A stretch of 64,000 nucleotides of DNA from Patellaria atrata CBS 101060 (lineage: Eukaryota). A program made the translations under genes and the position numbers. Location of the stretch: the NCBI GenBank assembly GCA_010093705.1, contig MU006090.1, positions 1,763,817 through 1,827,816 of the forward strand. Direction: 5' to 3'. The notes under the pieces were generated by a model that had not been told where the DNA came from, did no database searches, and was given only the letters and a program-made list of their open reading frames with translations. Of the stretch, positions 12,599 through 25,236 are shown piece by piece. Each line of letters begins with the position of its first letter. The stretch's first letter is position 1.

Positions 12599-14721
12599 TC
12601 ATAACTGCTCCAACAGGTCCCTAATCCTTCCCGCCAGCTCACTAATCACGATATCCTCCTTTACCCCTAATCTTCGACATTGCAACTCTACAATCTTCTC
12701 CTCCTTCCAGCGCCGCCCTAACAGCACAATGACCGGATACCCGACCAAATCTGCGTCGATCAACTTCCATCCCAGCTCCTTTTTCCTATCATCTAGCACC
12801 ACATCTGCCACCGTCCCTAGTAGCCCATCGTACACACTCTCCGTATCCTTATCTTTAATGTCCCTCCCACTGAACACAACAGCCTCAAATGGCGCTACAA
12901 CCCTAGGCCAATTGAGACCTTTCCCGTCCGCTAGCACAGCCGCAATGGCTCCAATGAGCCGGGAGACTCCGATGCCGTGACAGCCCATGTGGACAGGGGT
13001 GGGACCGGTTGGAGTTTCGACAACGCACTTAAGAGGGACGGAGTAGCGGGTGCCGAGGTGGAAGGTGTGGCCGACTTCGATGGCTTTGTGCACGGTGAGG
13101 GTGCCGGTAAGACAGCGAGGACAGAGGTCACCGGTGCGGATGCGGGTTAGGTCAAGGGGAGAATTGGTCGTGGGGTGGGTGGTAATGATTTGGTCGGCTG
13201 GCGACGGGCCAGAGGGGTTGAATGGTAGGACGGGGAGTAAGCGATAATCGTAAATGGCGATGCGGTCGCCGAAGGACACGTCGGTAGCGCGTTGCTGTTG
13301 CCAGGCGACCTTCTTGAATTGGGAGGCCCAGAGACCGAACGCACCGGTCTCGATTGAGGTGTCAAGTTCGGGAAGGATTTCTTTGAGGAGCCGGATGTTT
13401 AGATCTTGAGCCTTACCTAGATCTCCCTTCGAGAGAGGGTCTCTCTGAATGGTAGGGAAGAGCTCTTGATTTAATTGGTGGGGATAATGGACCTCAACTA
13501 AAGTCCTTCTATCTGTAGTAATTCCTTCCCAGATAAGCTCATTCGGACTATTAGACCCGTCCCGAACTCGCTGCTGATCCAGGCTCTTTTGTCCTTTCTC
13601 TTCGTTTGCCACATAATTGCATGAGTTGCATACACAAACATTATCTTCCCCTTTTAGGGAGGAAAAGTGATACTCATGGCTGAGCTTACCGCCCATATCT
13701 CCTGATTCAGCCTCAGCTACGAGGTAGGGGATTTTGAGTTCGTCCAAAATCGACACATATGCATTACATACGTCTCGATAGGTAGAGAGTGCTGCCTCAT
13801 GCTCGGAATCAAATGTATAAAGGTCTTTCATAAGGAATTCCTTAGCTCGCAAGAGCCCTTCTCTGGGACGCTTTTCATCTCGATACTTTCTGGCTGTTTA
13901 AAATTAGGGTCTCTAAAGGAGTAATCGGTCTGGAAAACATACATATTTGATATAAACGTAATGGTAGATCCTTGTATGAGCTTAAGATCCTTCCGACGAG
14001 GGTTGTAATCTCTTCTTCATGTGTGGGGGAGAGGAAGAAGCCAGATTCCTTTCGGTCTCTGACACGAAGGAACTATTATACTCAATATTCCATCTCTAGG
14101 ATCATTGAACAAGGCACTTACCTCTGAGTTAGCACTATACCTACCACTCTTCAGCCATAAATCCCTCGTTGTTATTGATGACAATGAAACTTTGGATGCC
14201 CCTTTCGAAGATATGAGTACTAGAACTGAACATAAAAGATTCTATTTACCAAGTCCAGTCATATGTTTATCAATCAATCTTTCTAACTTGTTTTGAACTC
14301 TTTGGCCAAGGGGAAGTAAATGAAAGACCCCAGAGTGAGCCTAGATAGTTAAGCTAATGAAAATGAACGAGGGGAAATTTCACTTCACACCTGTCGTAGA
14401 AACCCAGACCTTAGTAGAAGGGTATGGGAGTCATCTATACGAAGAAGTTAGATCCTTTTATCTTTTGAATGGGAATAGAGGATGGACCTTCAGAGCCGCT
14501 TCCAGCTGTACCCTGTGTGGGAGCCCAGAATGTGGAGAGGCGATTTCTCCCATCTATCTTATTATAATCAGAGATTATATAATGGAAATACTTCCGTTAA
14601 TAAAACTCACGTGAAGTGTTCTGACATTTTGATACTGGAAGGTTATACCGCTTTGAGATGGTTTAAGGGAACGCAAAGAAGTATTTCGTAACAGCAGCCG
14701 GAATGCAGAATGATGGGACAT
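12599..14721 (-). CDS. AIM10: Mitochondrial prolyl-tRNA synthetase (bacterial-type), multi-exon
   Basis: Basic presequence [33 protein letters not shown], motif 2 [40 protein letters not shown], motif 3 [10 protein letters not shown], and an anticodon-binding domain. Confidence 0.9.
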
Positions 14722-15010
14722 AAGGAAAGACTAGAAGAGAAAGGAGAAAACGTGTCTCAATTCATTTGATGGGAATTAGATTTTAAAATCCAGGGATGAT
14801 GAAAGATCAAGAGCATATCGAAGTAGTAGATGGTCCATGTCCTCTCCCGAGGATTTCCCGCGCGGCCTTCAATACAACGAGAATATTTTGAACTTAGTAA
14901 ATCACCATTCATCCGCCATTGAATTGTAGCTCAACGTACGTCTCCCAAAGGCTCAATTGAGGGCATTCTACTGACATGATACCTAGTGCTACAAACACTC
15001 ACAACCCACA

Positions 15011-16060
15011 ATGCCATCACCACGATTACGCTTCCAACCACTCACACTCCACCTCCCCATTTCTCCCTCACTTTCCCTATACCAATGCCGCAACGCATCC
15101 ATAGCGACAATACCCGCCCCATCCGACTCACACATCTCCCACCCCGTCTCCCCAGTCCTCCGCTACCCAGCCAACCAACCCCCCTCCCACAAACCCCCCC
15201 AATTCCGCAAATCTCAGCTCCACCGCCAATACACCTCCCTCCTACGCTCAACCCCCCTCCTCCTAATTTTCCAACACAACAACCTCAAATCCAACGAATG
15301 GATGTCCATCCGCCGCGAACTCTCCGCCGCCCTCACAACCGTCGATCAAGCCGCTCTAGCAACAGACCCCACAACCGCGGCCCTACACGCGAACAACATA
15401 AAATTGCAGATCGTGCAAACCGGCATCCTCGCCGCGGCGCTCCGCGTCGTCGAGTTCTTCGACCCATCCTCTATCCCCCAAACAACTGAAAATAAAGTAC
15501 GCACCGCGACGGATCCGGCGATCAACACGTCCCGCTCCCTACCCGACGCCCGTCCCCTCCCCGACTCTCCCGCCTTCACCCACGCCCTCTCCCGCACCGC
15601 GCACCGCCTCGCCCGCGCCTCAGGCCGCACCCATGGCCTCGAACCGCTCCTCTCAGGTCCCCTGGCCCTTCTGACCTTCCCCGCCGTATCGCCCGCGCAC
15701 CTCGCAGCCGCTCTGTCCATCCTCGCGCCCTCGCCTGCCTTTCCGGCGCCGAGGAGGAAGGCGAATCCGGCATACCACGAACCGGCTGTGCAGCAGGGGG
15801 TGCAGAAGCTGATGTTGCTGGGCGCCCGGGTGGAGGGACAGGCGTTCGATGGGGAGGAGGTGAGATGGGTGGGCGGGATTGAGGGCGGGATTGGGGGACT
15901 TAGGGTGAGACTGGTGCATATGTTGCAGGGGGTTGGGGGTGGGGTTACCAATGTGTTGGAGGGGGCGGGACGGAGTTTGTATTTTGCTGTTGAGGGGAGA
16001 CGGGGGATGTTGGAGGAGGAGGAGAAGAAGGAGAAGGGTGGGGAGGAGAAAGTGGGATAG
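15011..16060 (+). CDS. MRPL11: Mitochondrial large-subunit ribosomal protein uL10m
   Basis: RKSQLHRQYTSLLRSTPLLLIFQHNNLKSNEW...LLGARVEG; mitochondrial presequence-like N-terminus; intronless. Confidence 0.8.
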   Translation: MPSPRLRFQPLTLHLPISPSLSLYQCRNASIATIPAPSDSHISHPVSPVLRYPANQPPSHKPPQFRKSQLHRQYTSLLRSTPLLLIFQHNNLKSNEWMSIRRELSAALTTVDQAALATDPTTAALHANNIKLQIVQTGILAAALRVVEFFDPSSIPQTTENKVRTATDPAINTSRSLPDARPLPDSPAFTHALSRTAHRLARASGRTHGLEPLLSGPLALLTFPAVSPAHLAAALSILAPSPAFPAPRRKANPAYHEPAVQQGVQKLMLLGARVEGQAFDGEEVRWVGGIEGGIGGLRVRLVHMLQGVGGGVTNVLEGAGRSLYFAVEGRRGMLEEEEKKEKGGEEKVG

Positions 16061-16810
16061 AATGGAGGTGGAGGTGAAGGGTGGGCTTGTGTTGTAGGAA
16101 TAAAATGGAGGTGTATTATGTTGTCTACCTAAGTATAAACTATCATCTATCAGGCATATGTATCTTTCTGCATCAACCCCCTTCTCACGAATGGATATAG
16201 TATACTATCCCACAAACGGATCCCATACTCCTATCCCACGAACGTAATAGCGATCAGTCATATCAGAAGAACTGAAGAACTCGTTGAGTTAGGTCTACAA
16301 GGTAGAAAGAGACATCCCTCCCTTCTCACGCACTTTCAACCTCGAAGACTCTCCAATCTCGAAACCAGACGTCACACCATCTGCTCCCGTCTGCTCCACC
16401 GGTCGTAGAACCGCATCTACCATACGAGTGGTACGAGCACGGCAGACAGGAGCCGCATCCGCAGCGCGATACAACCAACACCAGCCTCGAACGCGATCGT
16501 ACCTGCTCGCCAAGCGGAGTACGGTACAGTACCAAGCCTCATCCACTCACTCTCGAAACCGTCAATTTATCTTCAGAGTTGGGAGTTTAACCCAAGGAAA
16601 TACCCAGTGCCTCTATTAATGTGGTCTTCTAAATATAAGGTACCACTTAAGAGCAGTCGATGCGCGCGTATCCGATCACGGAAACCTACATATCGAGTCT
16701 CAGTCTCAGTCTCCATCACGCAGATATACAGATCAAGCATCTCGCAGTTCTCGTGCTACGGCCCTCGGTTCCGGGACTTGGGGTCAGGTCTGTAAACGGG
16801 TACTAGCGCG

Positions 16811-16836
16811 GTGTGTGTGTGTGCGTGTGTGTGTGT
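16811..16836. repeat. (GT)n microsatellite, interrupted
   Basis: gtgtgtgtgtgtgcgtgtgtgtgtgt. Confidence 0.9.
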
Positions 16837-17063
16837 TTTGGGAGGTTGGATGTGGATGTGGTGCATGTGAGGTAAGGTAGAGATGAAGTCTTCCGGATGG
16901 TGGAGATGGCGTAGGTGTCTTTACTCACGATTGGGGTTACGGATAGTGGTGTAAGGTATTTCTGCTTATATTATAGGAGCTGATCTTGTGCTTCTACAGC
17001 ACCAGTACCTGAACGTGGTTACATAGGGTAGGTGGTACACGATGCGGTGTTTTTACAGGTCCA

Positions 17064-17066
<3 letters not shown>

Positions 17067-17108
<42 letters not shown>
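17067..17108. repeat. Poly-G tract, 42 nt
   Basis: Uninterrupted G42 counted directly. Confidence 0.95.
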
Positions 17109-17111
<3 letters not shown>

Positions 17112-18912
17112 TTAAATTAAGGTAAGGGTGTATGAGGTCGTGAAGTTGTTCGGATGTATTGTATTGCATCCCAGCCGTACTACGGTAAGCAAGCCGAGAG
17201 ACACAATGATGAAGGAGCCGAGGAATCCGAGGCGTACTTGAAGTGCCGAATGTGCTTACTGTTTCGCTTGTTGACACTGAGCGTTACAGTAGATGCTGCG
17301 CCTGCAGAAGATCTCGATGGGAACTTTTGGATAATTTCTAAAGTGGTTATATATGGGGCGAAATGTTGTGTTACAGAGATCCCGCCACTTCAATATCTAA
17401 ACGGTTAGAAAGATTGTGCTCAACTCCTTTTATTTTTATGATGAACGAACAAGGGAAAGTTGGGATTGGAACATGCTTTCTGTTGGAGAACGAGGGTACC
17501 TTTTTGAAATATTCGCCGCGTGGAGATTGGTAAGGTGACGGAGCAGAGTTGTTTTAAGATTTGCGGAGGAAGGTCTCTGTTGGCTATAACGGGCAGGTAC
17601 GTTGGACGGAGGACAGGCCTTGGGGGTACATCGGTTCAGTCCATGTCCCGGACTGCTGGATCTCGGGTAGGTAGACGTGTACCTGCTGTGCCAGTTGTGG
17701 TAGCCGCTGACGGACCGTTATTGTATACATCTTGTCGTGACATCGGGAGATGAGGTCAGTCAGATGTACATTGCTTTGATCGGCACAATTTCCTGCCAGG
17801 CTTGTTCCTACCAGTATCAACAATGTCTATTTTCGAAAAGTTTGGATCATGCACAAAGTTCCACGGTATTCGAATGGTGGTGAAGGGTAAAACCTAGCAC
17901 GCCTGGACAGCTGAATGTCGCTGACGATTGATTCTGACTATGTGCCACTTAAGCAACGAATATTTCGGATTGTGTACGAATGTGTCTATCAACATCATTG
18001 CGGCTGCAACCTCGTGATGAACTGTTTGTGAGAGCAAGGGAACATGATGCTTCCACGCTGTGTATATCCGTTGTGCATCAGGGAGAACCGTGAAATATTG
18101 CGACTGCAGGTAATCGATGTGGATGATTTGCTGTTGCCCCCTGTTTGACAATCTGAAGGGTTGTAGGATAACTGAATGCCAAGAGGAAAGAAACTGCTTT
18201 TGGGTTCAACTTGCTTGCTCAATATATCAATCTTTCAGGCTGAGGCAGTGTAAACCTTGGAATTCAGGGTTCAGAAGACGTTTCGACAGAGTTTGAAAGA
18301 GACAGAAACCTACATGGGCATGATCCAGCATCGTTTTATCGAGATTCGTTCGATCCCAAGATAGACATAGATCCATATTAAGGTATATCTCAGGGTAATG
18401 GATATTAATGTATCGAAGCTACCTATTCTTCCTCTTACCTCGGGACACGTGAGGATATCTTCCCCTTGCGATAGAATAATAATGAAAAGAGACATGATAA
18501 TGATATCTGAGGAGCAGCATGTGTGTCGAATGGTGAGAGACAACTGGGTAGTTTTATTTCACATCGATCCCCGCTATTAAAACCCACATGTCAGCCATCT
18601 GTCCCTCTCTCTCTGGATGATCAGAGGTTCACAGGCCTCATGTTTCTCCATGATTTTCGCAAATGTCAGATTCTCAAGAAGGTTAGTGCTCGAAAGCTCA
18701 GGCCGCTTAAGCAAGGGCACTGCGTATTCTTTTCACTAGCGCTCATTCGGGCGGGCTAAAGTAATGCTTGTCGTCACCCACACTACGGCCAGCGTCCGGC
18801 AGCAGTTGACAGCCACAACGGGATAGTTGCTGATAAGGAAGTTGGCATACGGCTGTGACGGAGTTACTTTTGTAAATCTCTTTAACTCCAACTTCATTTT
18901 ATTGCCTCAAGA

Positions 18913-18930
18913 TCTCTCTCTCTCTCTCTC
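18913..18930. repeat. (TC)9 microsatellite
   Basis: tctctctctctctctctc. Confidence 0.9.
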
Positions 18931-19471
18931 ATCCTTGCTTCTGAACTTCTGATTATCCAGTACTGGTAGATCGAAACTTGTTATGAAGGGAGAGATAGAG
19001 ATGAATAGAAACAGTACAATACATGGAGTAGAGACATTCAGGAAGCTGCTGGAAGGCTGTAAACTGGGCGTTCGCCGAGTTCCTTCAGGTCACTTTCGGC
19101 TGTGTGCTTTTTTGCATGTACTCCGTATGTACCGTGCCGTATGTTCGTGATGTTTTAGGTTGGAAAAGGGGCGTGACGAGGGGGGAGTCTGGTACCACAG
19201 CATCGGATATCGTATTTCGTTATTTTGAATGCTAGCAAAAAGCACGACGGCAATAATCATGTCTTAACGCAACCTTGCGATCTCCTTAACTCTCTGTCCA
19301 TGTTGCTGCCCATGATGGCGATATCTCATCACCAGCATGTGCTGGGACTACCTAGGCTGATGTTGCCCTTGTTCGTTTGCCTGAACTTAGGAAACTTAGG
19401 AGAGGTCAATCATCCCGCGAATCTGGTTCGCCGTAGACCGGCATCGCATGAAAGTGCCTAGAACTAAGATT

Positions 19472-19818
19472 TTATCTTGGGAAACGCGGAGTAAGATTGG
19501 TGCAGTTTGATAGCCTTAGTCCCTTTGAGCTCCCTTCTAGAGTCCAGTCAAGTCCTCTGATCTCGCCCAGCTATCCACAAGAATAATCGAAAGATATCCC
19601 ATAATCCCATAATTCCATAATCCCATAATCCCATAATCCCACTCCTAGCCCACCCAAAGAGTGGCTTGCCGCGAGCAGTCTAACACGTACCAAACCCCAT
19701 GTTATCTAGTATCTTCAGCAGTTGAAGTCCCCGGATGAGCGAGGCTTGCTTGTGCAGAGGGCTTACTTTAAATTATTCGAACCTTGCCGAACAGACCCTA
19801 GTAATTCTTTATCTATCG
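19472..19818. promoter_or_regulatory. Cluster of HGATAR (AreA/Nit2-type) sites upstream of the ammonium permease
   Basis: TTATCT 19472, TGATAG 19508, TTATCT 19702, TTATCT 19809, CTATCG 19813; about 480-820 bp upstream of the ATG. Confidence 0.6.
19596..19640. repeat. 8-bp tandem repeat (ATAATCCC), about 5.5 copies
   Basis: atccc ataatccc ataattcc ataatccc ataatccc ataatccc. Confidence 0.9.
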
Positions 19819-20293
19819 CCTCAACGAGAATCCATTCTGGCGACATTTATACCAACTAGTCTCCCCACACGCGCATCGTATCGTTGGACGTCCTAACTTT
19901 CTATTCACTGTATTTTGCTATACAGCATATTTAACTCACCGGACAGTCATAAGGAAAGGCGAGATTTAATTCTCACCTGACTCTTCACCACGAGGCGGAA
20001 CTGAAGACCTGCCTTGCATTGATTGTCTGTTCTTGGATACTCAATAATCGGGCCCCCAGCCGCGTGAGCTCTAGGTCTTTTTCACGGACGGCCATCTCCA
20101 AAACTACAGCCTTGTACCTCACGAGCCTCGGACCTTCACTCTTCACACACTCTTTTTGTCCATAATTTTCGCTCGCGCGGATTTTTAATGACACATTCTT
20201 TCACTGTGTCATTCGCCTTCCTTTGGCTAAACTCATCTTAAACTTCCATACCTACCGTACTTTCTTATACCGATCATAATAATCTGAATCGCC

Positions 20294-22054
20294 ATGGCCG
20301 ACAGTCAGTCTTTCGTGCCACTTGAAACGTTCGGCAATAACACCGATCCGAACGGAGGCGACTCGCTCAACCATAATCTCAATGTTTTCTACGAGGTAAG
20401 ATCTCTGGAATCTCGTTTGTCTGTATCTTTGTACTAATTGATAGCAAAAAGAGCGGTGATATTGCCTGGATGATTACTGCAACTGCACTTGTGCTTCTCA
20501 TGATCCCTGGTGTCGGGTATGTTTCGTTCGACCTTGTCAATTTCTAGTAGCAAACCTAATGTATTCCTTTCACAGCTTCTTCTATTCTGGTTTGGCTCGT
20601 AGAAAGTCCGCTCTTTCCCTAATCTGGCTTTCTGTCATGGCCACGGCGGTTGTTAGCTTCCAGTGGTTCTTCTGGGGATATTCCTTGACCTTCTCCCACC
20701 ACGCTGGCAAGTACATCGGTAATCTGGAGAACATCGGTTTCAGGAATGTACTTGCTGCACCCTCTGTTGGAAGTTCTAAGATCCCGGATCTTCTATTTGC
20801 TGTCTACCAGGGAATGTTCGCTTGCATCACGTAGGTTGAATCATCAGATTGAGGTGATCGCACTGACATCATTTCGTAGGGTTGCCCTCGCTGTAGGTGC
20901 GGTGGCCGAACGAGGCAAGATGCTCCCATGCATTATCTTCATGTTCATCTGGACTACAATTGTTTACGACCCAATTGCTTGTTGGACATGGAATCCCAAT
21001 GGTTGGTCATTCGTCATGGGAGGTCTTGATTATGCTGGAGGAACCCCTGTCCATATAGCCTCTGGAACAGCCGCTTTAGCATATTCCTACATGCTCGGAA
21101 AGCGTCGTGGTCATGGTACTCAGGAGTTGAACTATCGCCCTCATAACGTCACTCATATTGTCATCGGCACTGTCTTCCTCTGGGTCGGTTGGTTCGGCTT
21201 CAATGCTGGTTCGGGCCTCAGCGCCAACCTTCGCGCCGTCATGGCTGCCTTTGTCACGAATCTCGCGGCCTCCATGGGTGGTGTAACCTGGTGTCTAGTG
21301 GATTATCGCCTCGAGCGCAAGTGGTCGACCGTTGGCTTCTGCTCCGGTGTTATTGCAGGTCTCGTTGCTATCACTCCTGGATCCGGATATGTCCCCCCCT
21401 GGGCTGCAGTTATTTATGGTGCTGTTGGGGGTGCTGCGTGCAATTACGCTACAAAGCTCAAATACTTCCTTCGCGCTGACGATGCTCTTGATATCTTCGC
21501 TGTCCATGCTGTTGGCGGGTTTGTCGGAAACCTTCTGACAGCATTTTTCGCTGCGTGAGTCAGCCACACTCTGTACTGAATACCTTCCACTAATGGTGAT
21601 TTAGCGATTATATTGCCCATCTCGATGGAACGACTGTCATCGCTGGTGGATGGTTGAACCACAACTGGATCCAGCTTGGTTATCAGTTGGCAGACTCTGT
21701 TGCCGGTGGAACATACTCTTTCGTTGGAACCTGCATCATTCTCGCTGGCATCGACTTCGTAGGACGCTTCGTCCCTGCTCTCCGTCTCCGTGCGTCTGAG
21801 GAAGAAGAGGTACTTGGTATCGACGACGTCGAAATCGGTGAATTTGCTGTAAGTCTACAACTATTTTCACACTTCGAGGATGGAATACTAATACCATGTA
21901 GTACGATTATGTCGAGCTTACCCGCGAGATCAAGATTCCTGAGGACGATGCTCTTTCTCACCAAGACTCCGAAGAGCATGAACTCCAGCACATGCAGACC
22001 CATGAGAAGAACCATGACTCAATTGGTTCACACAATCCCCTTACCGGAATCTAG
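20294..22054 (+). CDS. mepA: Ammonium transporter, Amt/Mep family (Mep2/MepA-like, twin-His type), 6 exons
   Basis: GDIAW...LMIPG, FFYSGLARRKSAL, DYAGGTPVHIASG (first His retained), WFGFNAGS, FAVHAVGG, and C-terminal GIDDVEIGEFA|YDYVEL. Confidence 0.93.
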
Positions 22055-22945
22055 CTTCGTGACACTTAGTTAGCCTCTTCTTACATATACCCCATTCTCA
22101 TCGTCTTCGCTACTCATAGCAGCGTTGCGTGAGTATTCACTTGTCGGGATACCCGTTTGGATTCTGTTTAGGAAAGCACGGCGTAACCGATATATTGGCT
22201 TCAATCCATGGTCCACTCGGACAATTTCCTTGCTCTTTTCTCTGTGTTTAGCCTCGATACCTCTTGCTGTTTGGCATATATGGGATTCAGGACCTTTCTA
22301 GTTAAGTGTGGGGGGCTCAATTGCAAGACTTGGAAGGTGACTGGAGTTAGGAAAGATAGGACAATCAAAAATAATAATCACATTAGAAAGAGTGTCTCCC
22401 GTATTGATATATGGAAGGTGATAGATGAAGCATATAATGTCTCACTTGCTGATAGAACCGCTTTTAGGATATGTGATACCTGGAATGTCACAGAGATAAG
22501 CTAGCACGAATGCGGAAAACAGCTTTGAAGCTTTCAATCAGTTTTGCTCGTAACTTGAGAACGTCACAGCGCATGGAGAAACTGATGTGGATTGTAATGT
22601 GTACTTATGGTAGCCCATGAATATTTCTAACTTTACAGCATAGGTTTCAAAACAATCATGGATTACACTCTTGTATGAGGAAATCCCGCAGAACGCACTT
22701 TGCCGAGCTTATGGAGAAAAAAGTAGGAAGATAACTGAGGTGGTGAGCAACCTAAGGCGTGAGATACGGAAGTAACTTCCCTGACGTTAGCGTGACATTA
22801 GCGTGGCTTACATAACTAGCTTGTCATCGGAAATGCACGGACCTAAACGCACCTTCCAACCGAACCTTTCCCCAATCCCGATAACTTTTAAAAGCTCAAT
22901 CGCAATCAACAATTTACAACCTGTCGCTCCGAAAACATCTTTGCC

Positions 22946-24590
22946 ATGGAATCCGAAATACCACATCGAGGCGTGGCGCCTCCAAACGATGGCATGTCCG
23001 CCGCTCGCGTGGTTTTCCCCCATTCGCCTGAAGATTTCGAGAACGACGCGCGTGTGTCCTTCTCCAAGCTCGAGAACAAATGGCTTCTTGAAGATGATGA
23101 TGGATCCGAGTGGGAGTACAATGAAGCCTTGAAGAAATGGATCCCTCTGGTACGCATACACACCCCTTCATGAAGGCCGGCCCGAACTTGTACTATAGTA
23201 CCTATCTTGTATATGGAGCGGAAATCTAATGCTACAATTGTTGTTGGGTGGGATACAGTTGGACGAGGAATTACTGGAGAAACAAAGACAAGCGTACGCT
23301 GTTGCTGGCGTCGACGAACATGAGCCCGCCCAACCGGCGAAGAAGCGAAAGCAGGAAAATAGCGAGGTAACGGCCCTGCGAATATGGCGATTTTCGATGG
23401 TAAATAATGACCTGTCTTGACAATTTTAGGACAACAAGAGTCAGAAGAAGACGCGCAAAGATGAAGAGGCGAAAACAGAGCGCAAGAATACAGCAGTCTA
23501 CGTCACATCTCTTCCACTCAATGTAACTGTCGACGAGGTCAAATCGGTGTTCTCGCGCTGTGGGGTCATAGCCGAAACTATCGAGACTGGCGAGCCTCGT
23601 ATCAAGCTGTACACCGATGAAAAGGGAAATTTCAAGGGCGACGCCCTTATTGTATTCTTCCGTCCTGAATCAGTCGATCTCGCTATACAAATGCTGGACG
23701 ACTCGGATTTCAGGATTGGTCAGAGCGGGCCTGAAGGTTCCATGAGGGTCAAAGTCGCAGAGAAGAGCTACAAGAAGCAGCAGGACGGACCTACAACTGG
23801 TCCAAAGTCCAATATGCGCGATAAGAAGAAGATCATCAGAAAGACGCAGCAGATGAACAAGTACGTCGACTCCAGTATATATCTAATTGACTTGCTAACT
23901 ATAGCACAGCAAACTGCTGGACTGGTCTGACGATGAACCTTCTATGGAACCAACCACCTCGAAATTTGATAAGCTCGTGTACCTCAAACATATGTTCACC
24001 TTGAAAGAGCTCAAGGTATGCACTTGCTCTCCTATATTCAACCAGGTAGCATTAAGGCACTAACGTACAACTCCAGGAGGATCCTACGGCCATGGACGAA
24101 ATCGAGGAAGACATACGTGACGAGTGTTCCAAGCTGGGTCAAGTTTCGAGAGTCACGCTATTCGACAAAGAAGAGAGTGGTGTTGTTAGCGTCAAATTCG
24201 CTGACCACACAGCAGCGAAGGCATGCGTACAGGTAAGCTACAAATATCCTCCCTACTTTTGTGTGATGTCCCCTGTATGATATTCCTGGCACATTGGACT
24301 ACGACCCAAAAGGTCTACGCCAAGCGGAAAGTGGCCTAGGAGTGCCAAACGATGATGGACGAGATTTTTACAAACGTAATATCTTGCTCCAACTCACTGA
24401 CTTTTAGTTAATGAACGGTCGACACTTTGCAGGCCAACAAGTTGTTGCCTTCATCGCCAGTGGTGGCGAGAAATTTCAAAAGTCAAGAAAGAGTAAGGTG
24501 GGAGATGAGGAAGAGGACGAGGAAGCTCGTCGTTTGGATGAATTTGGAAAGTGGATTGAGAAAGCCGGTGAGGATGATGCTGACAATTGA
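22946..24590 (+). CDS. CUS2: U2 snRNP-associated splicing factor Cus2/Tat-SF1 (RRM + UHM), 6 exons
   Basis: NTAVYVTSLP...RIKLYTDEKGNFKGDALIVFFRPESVDLAIQMLD; LKHMFTLKEL, EIEEDIRDECSKLG, MNGRHFAG. Confidence 0.9.
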
Positions 24591-25236
24591 TGGATGCTTT
24601 GGATGTCATGTATCTCAGCATCCTCCTTTGATTATACTCGAAGTACTACCCTCATACCTTTTGTGTATTTGGATAGTGCATTGGACCTTTATAGGATATA
24701 GCTACTTGTACGAATTCGAATAAGACTGCTTTCAATTTGCTCCTAAGTGAAGTAACTGTATAGCTAAGTAGACTCTTTGATAGTGGGCAGAGATGATACA
24801 CTTAAGTGTATAGCATAATTTACCAATAGGGAAACGGTCGGACAACAGTGGCTTTTGTATGGGAAAGTACTATCAGTAGTCATCCTGTTCACTGAAGCAG
24901 AATAAGAGTGCCGCTGTTCTACGTTTTTTAAGAATCAAGCTTGCTCGTATCCCCGGGAAAGTGGCTTGCCTGAATACTGTAATAATGGCTTCTCATCCCA
25001 TCAACATTTTGTGACCACGTTCGCACAGCCACAACTAAAAGGTTTCATCAGTAAAATCTAGGGCATTCGAGCCACGGAATTTGAAAGTGATCGACAATTT
25101 TGACAGATCCTACGGCGTCGGTTACGGTTCTTGTTCCGTCACATTGACAAGGGTCGTAAACTGGGAAAGCTTTAAAGTTCACGCGGCGACTCTCGTCGAG
25201 CTTCAGACTTCTTCTCACGACCCCTCCATTTTCGCG

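Noticed and set aside
24287..24347. Hammerhead ribozyme or TPP riboswitch in the CUS2 intron
   Set aside because: GAAA follows a short stem, but the CUGANGA core is absent; there are no TPP consensus motifs.
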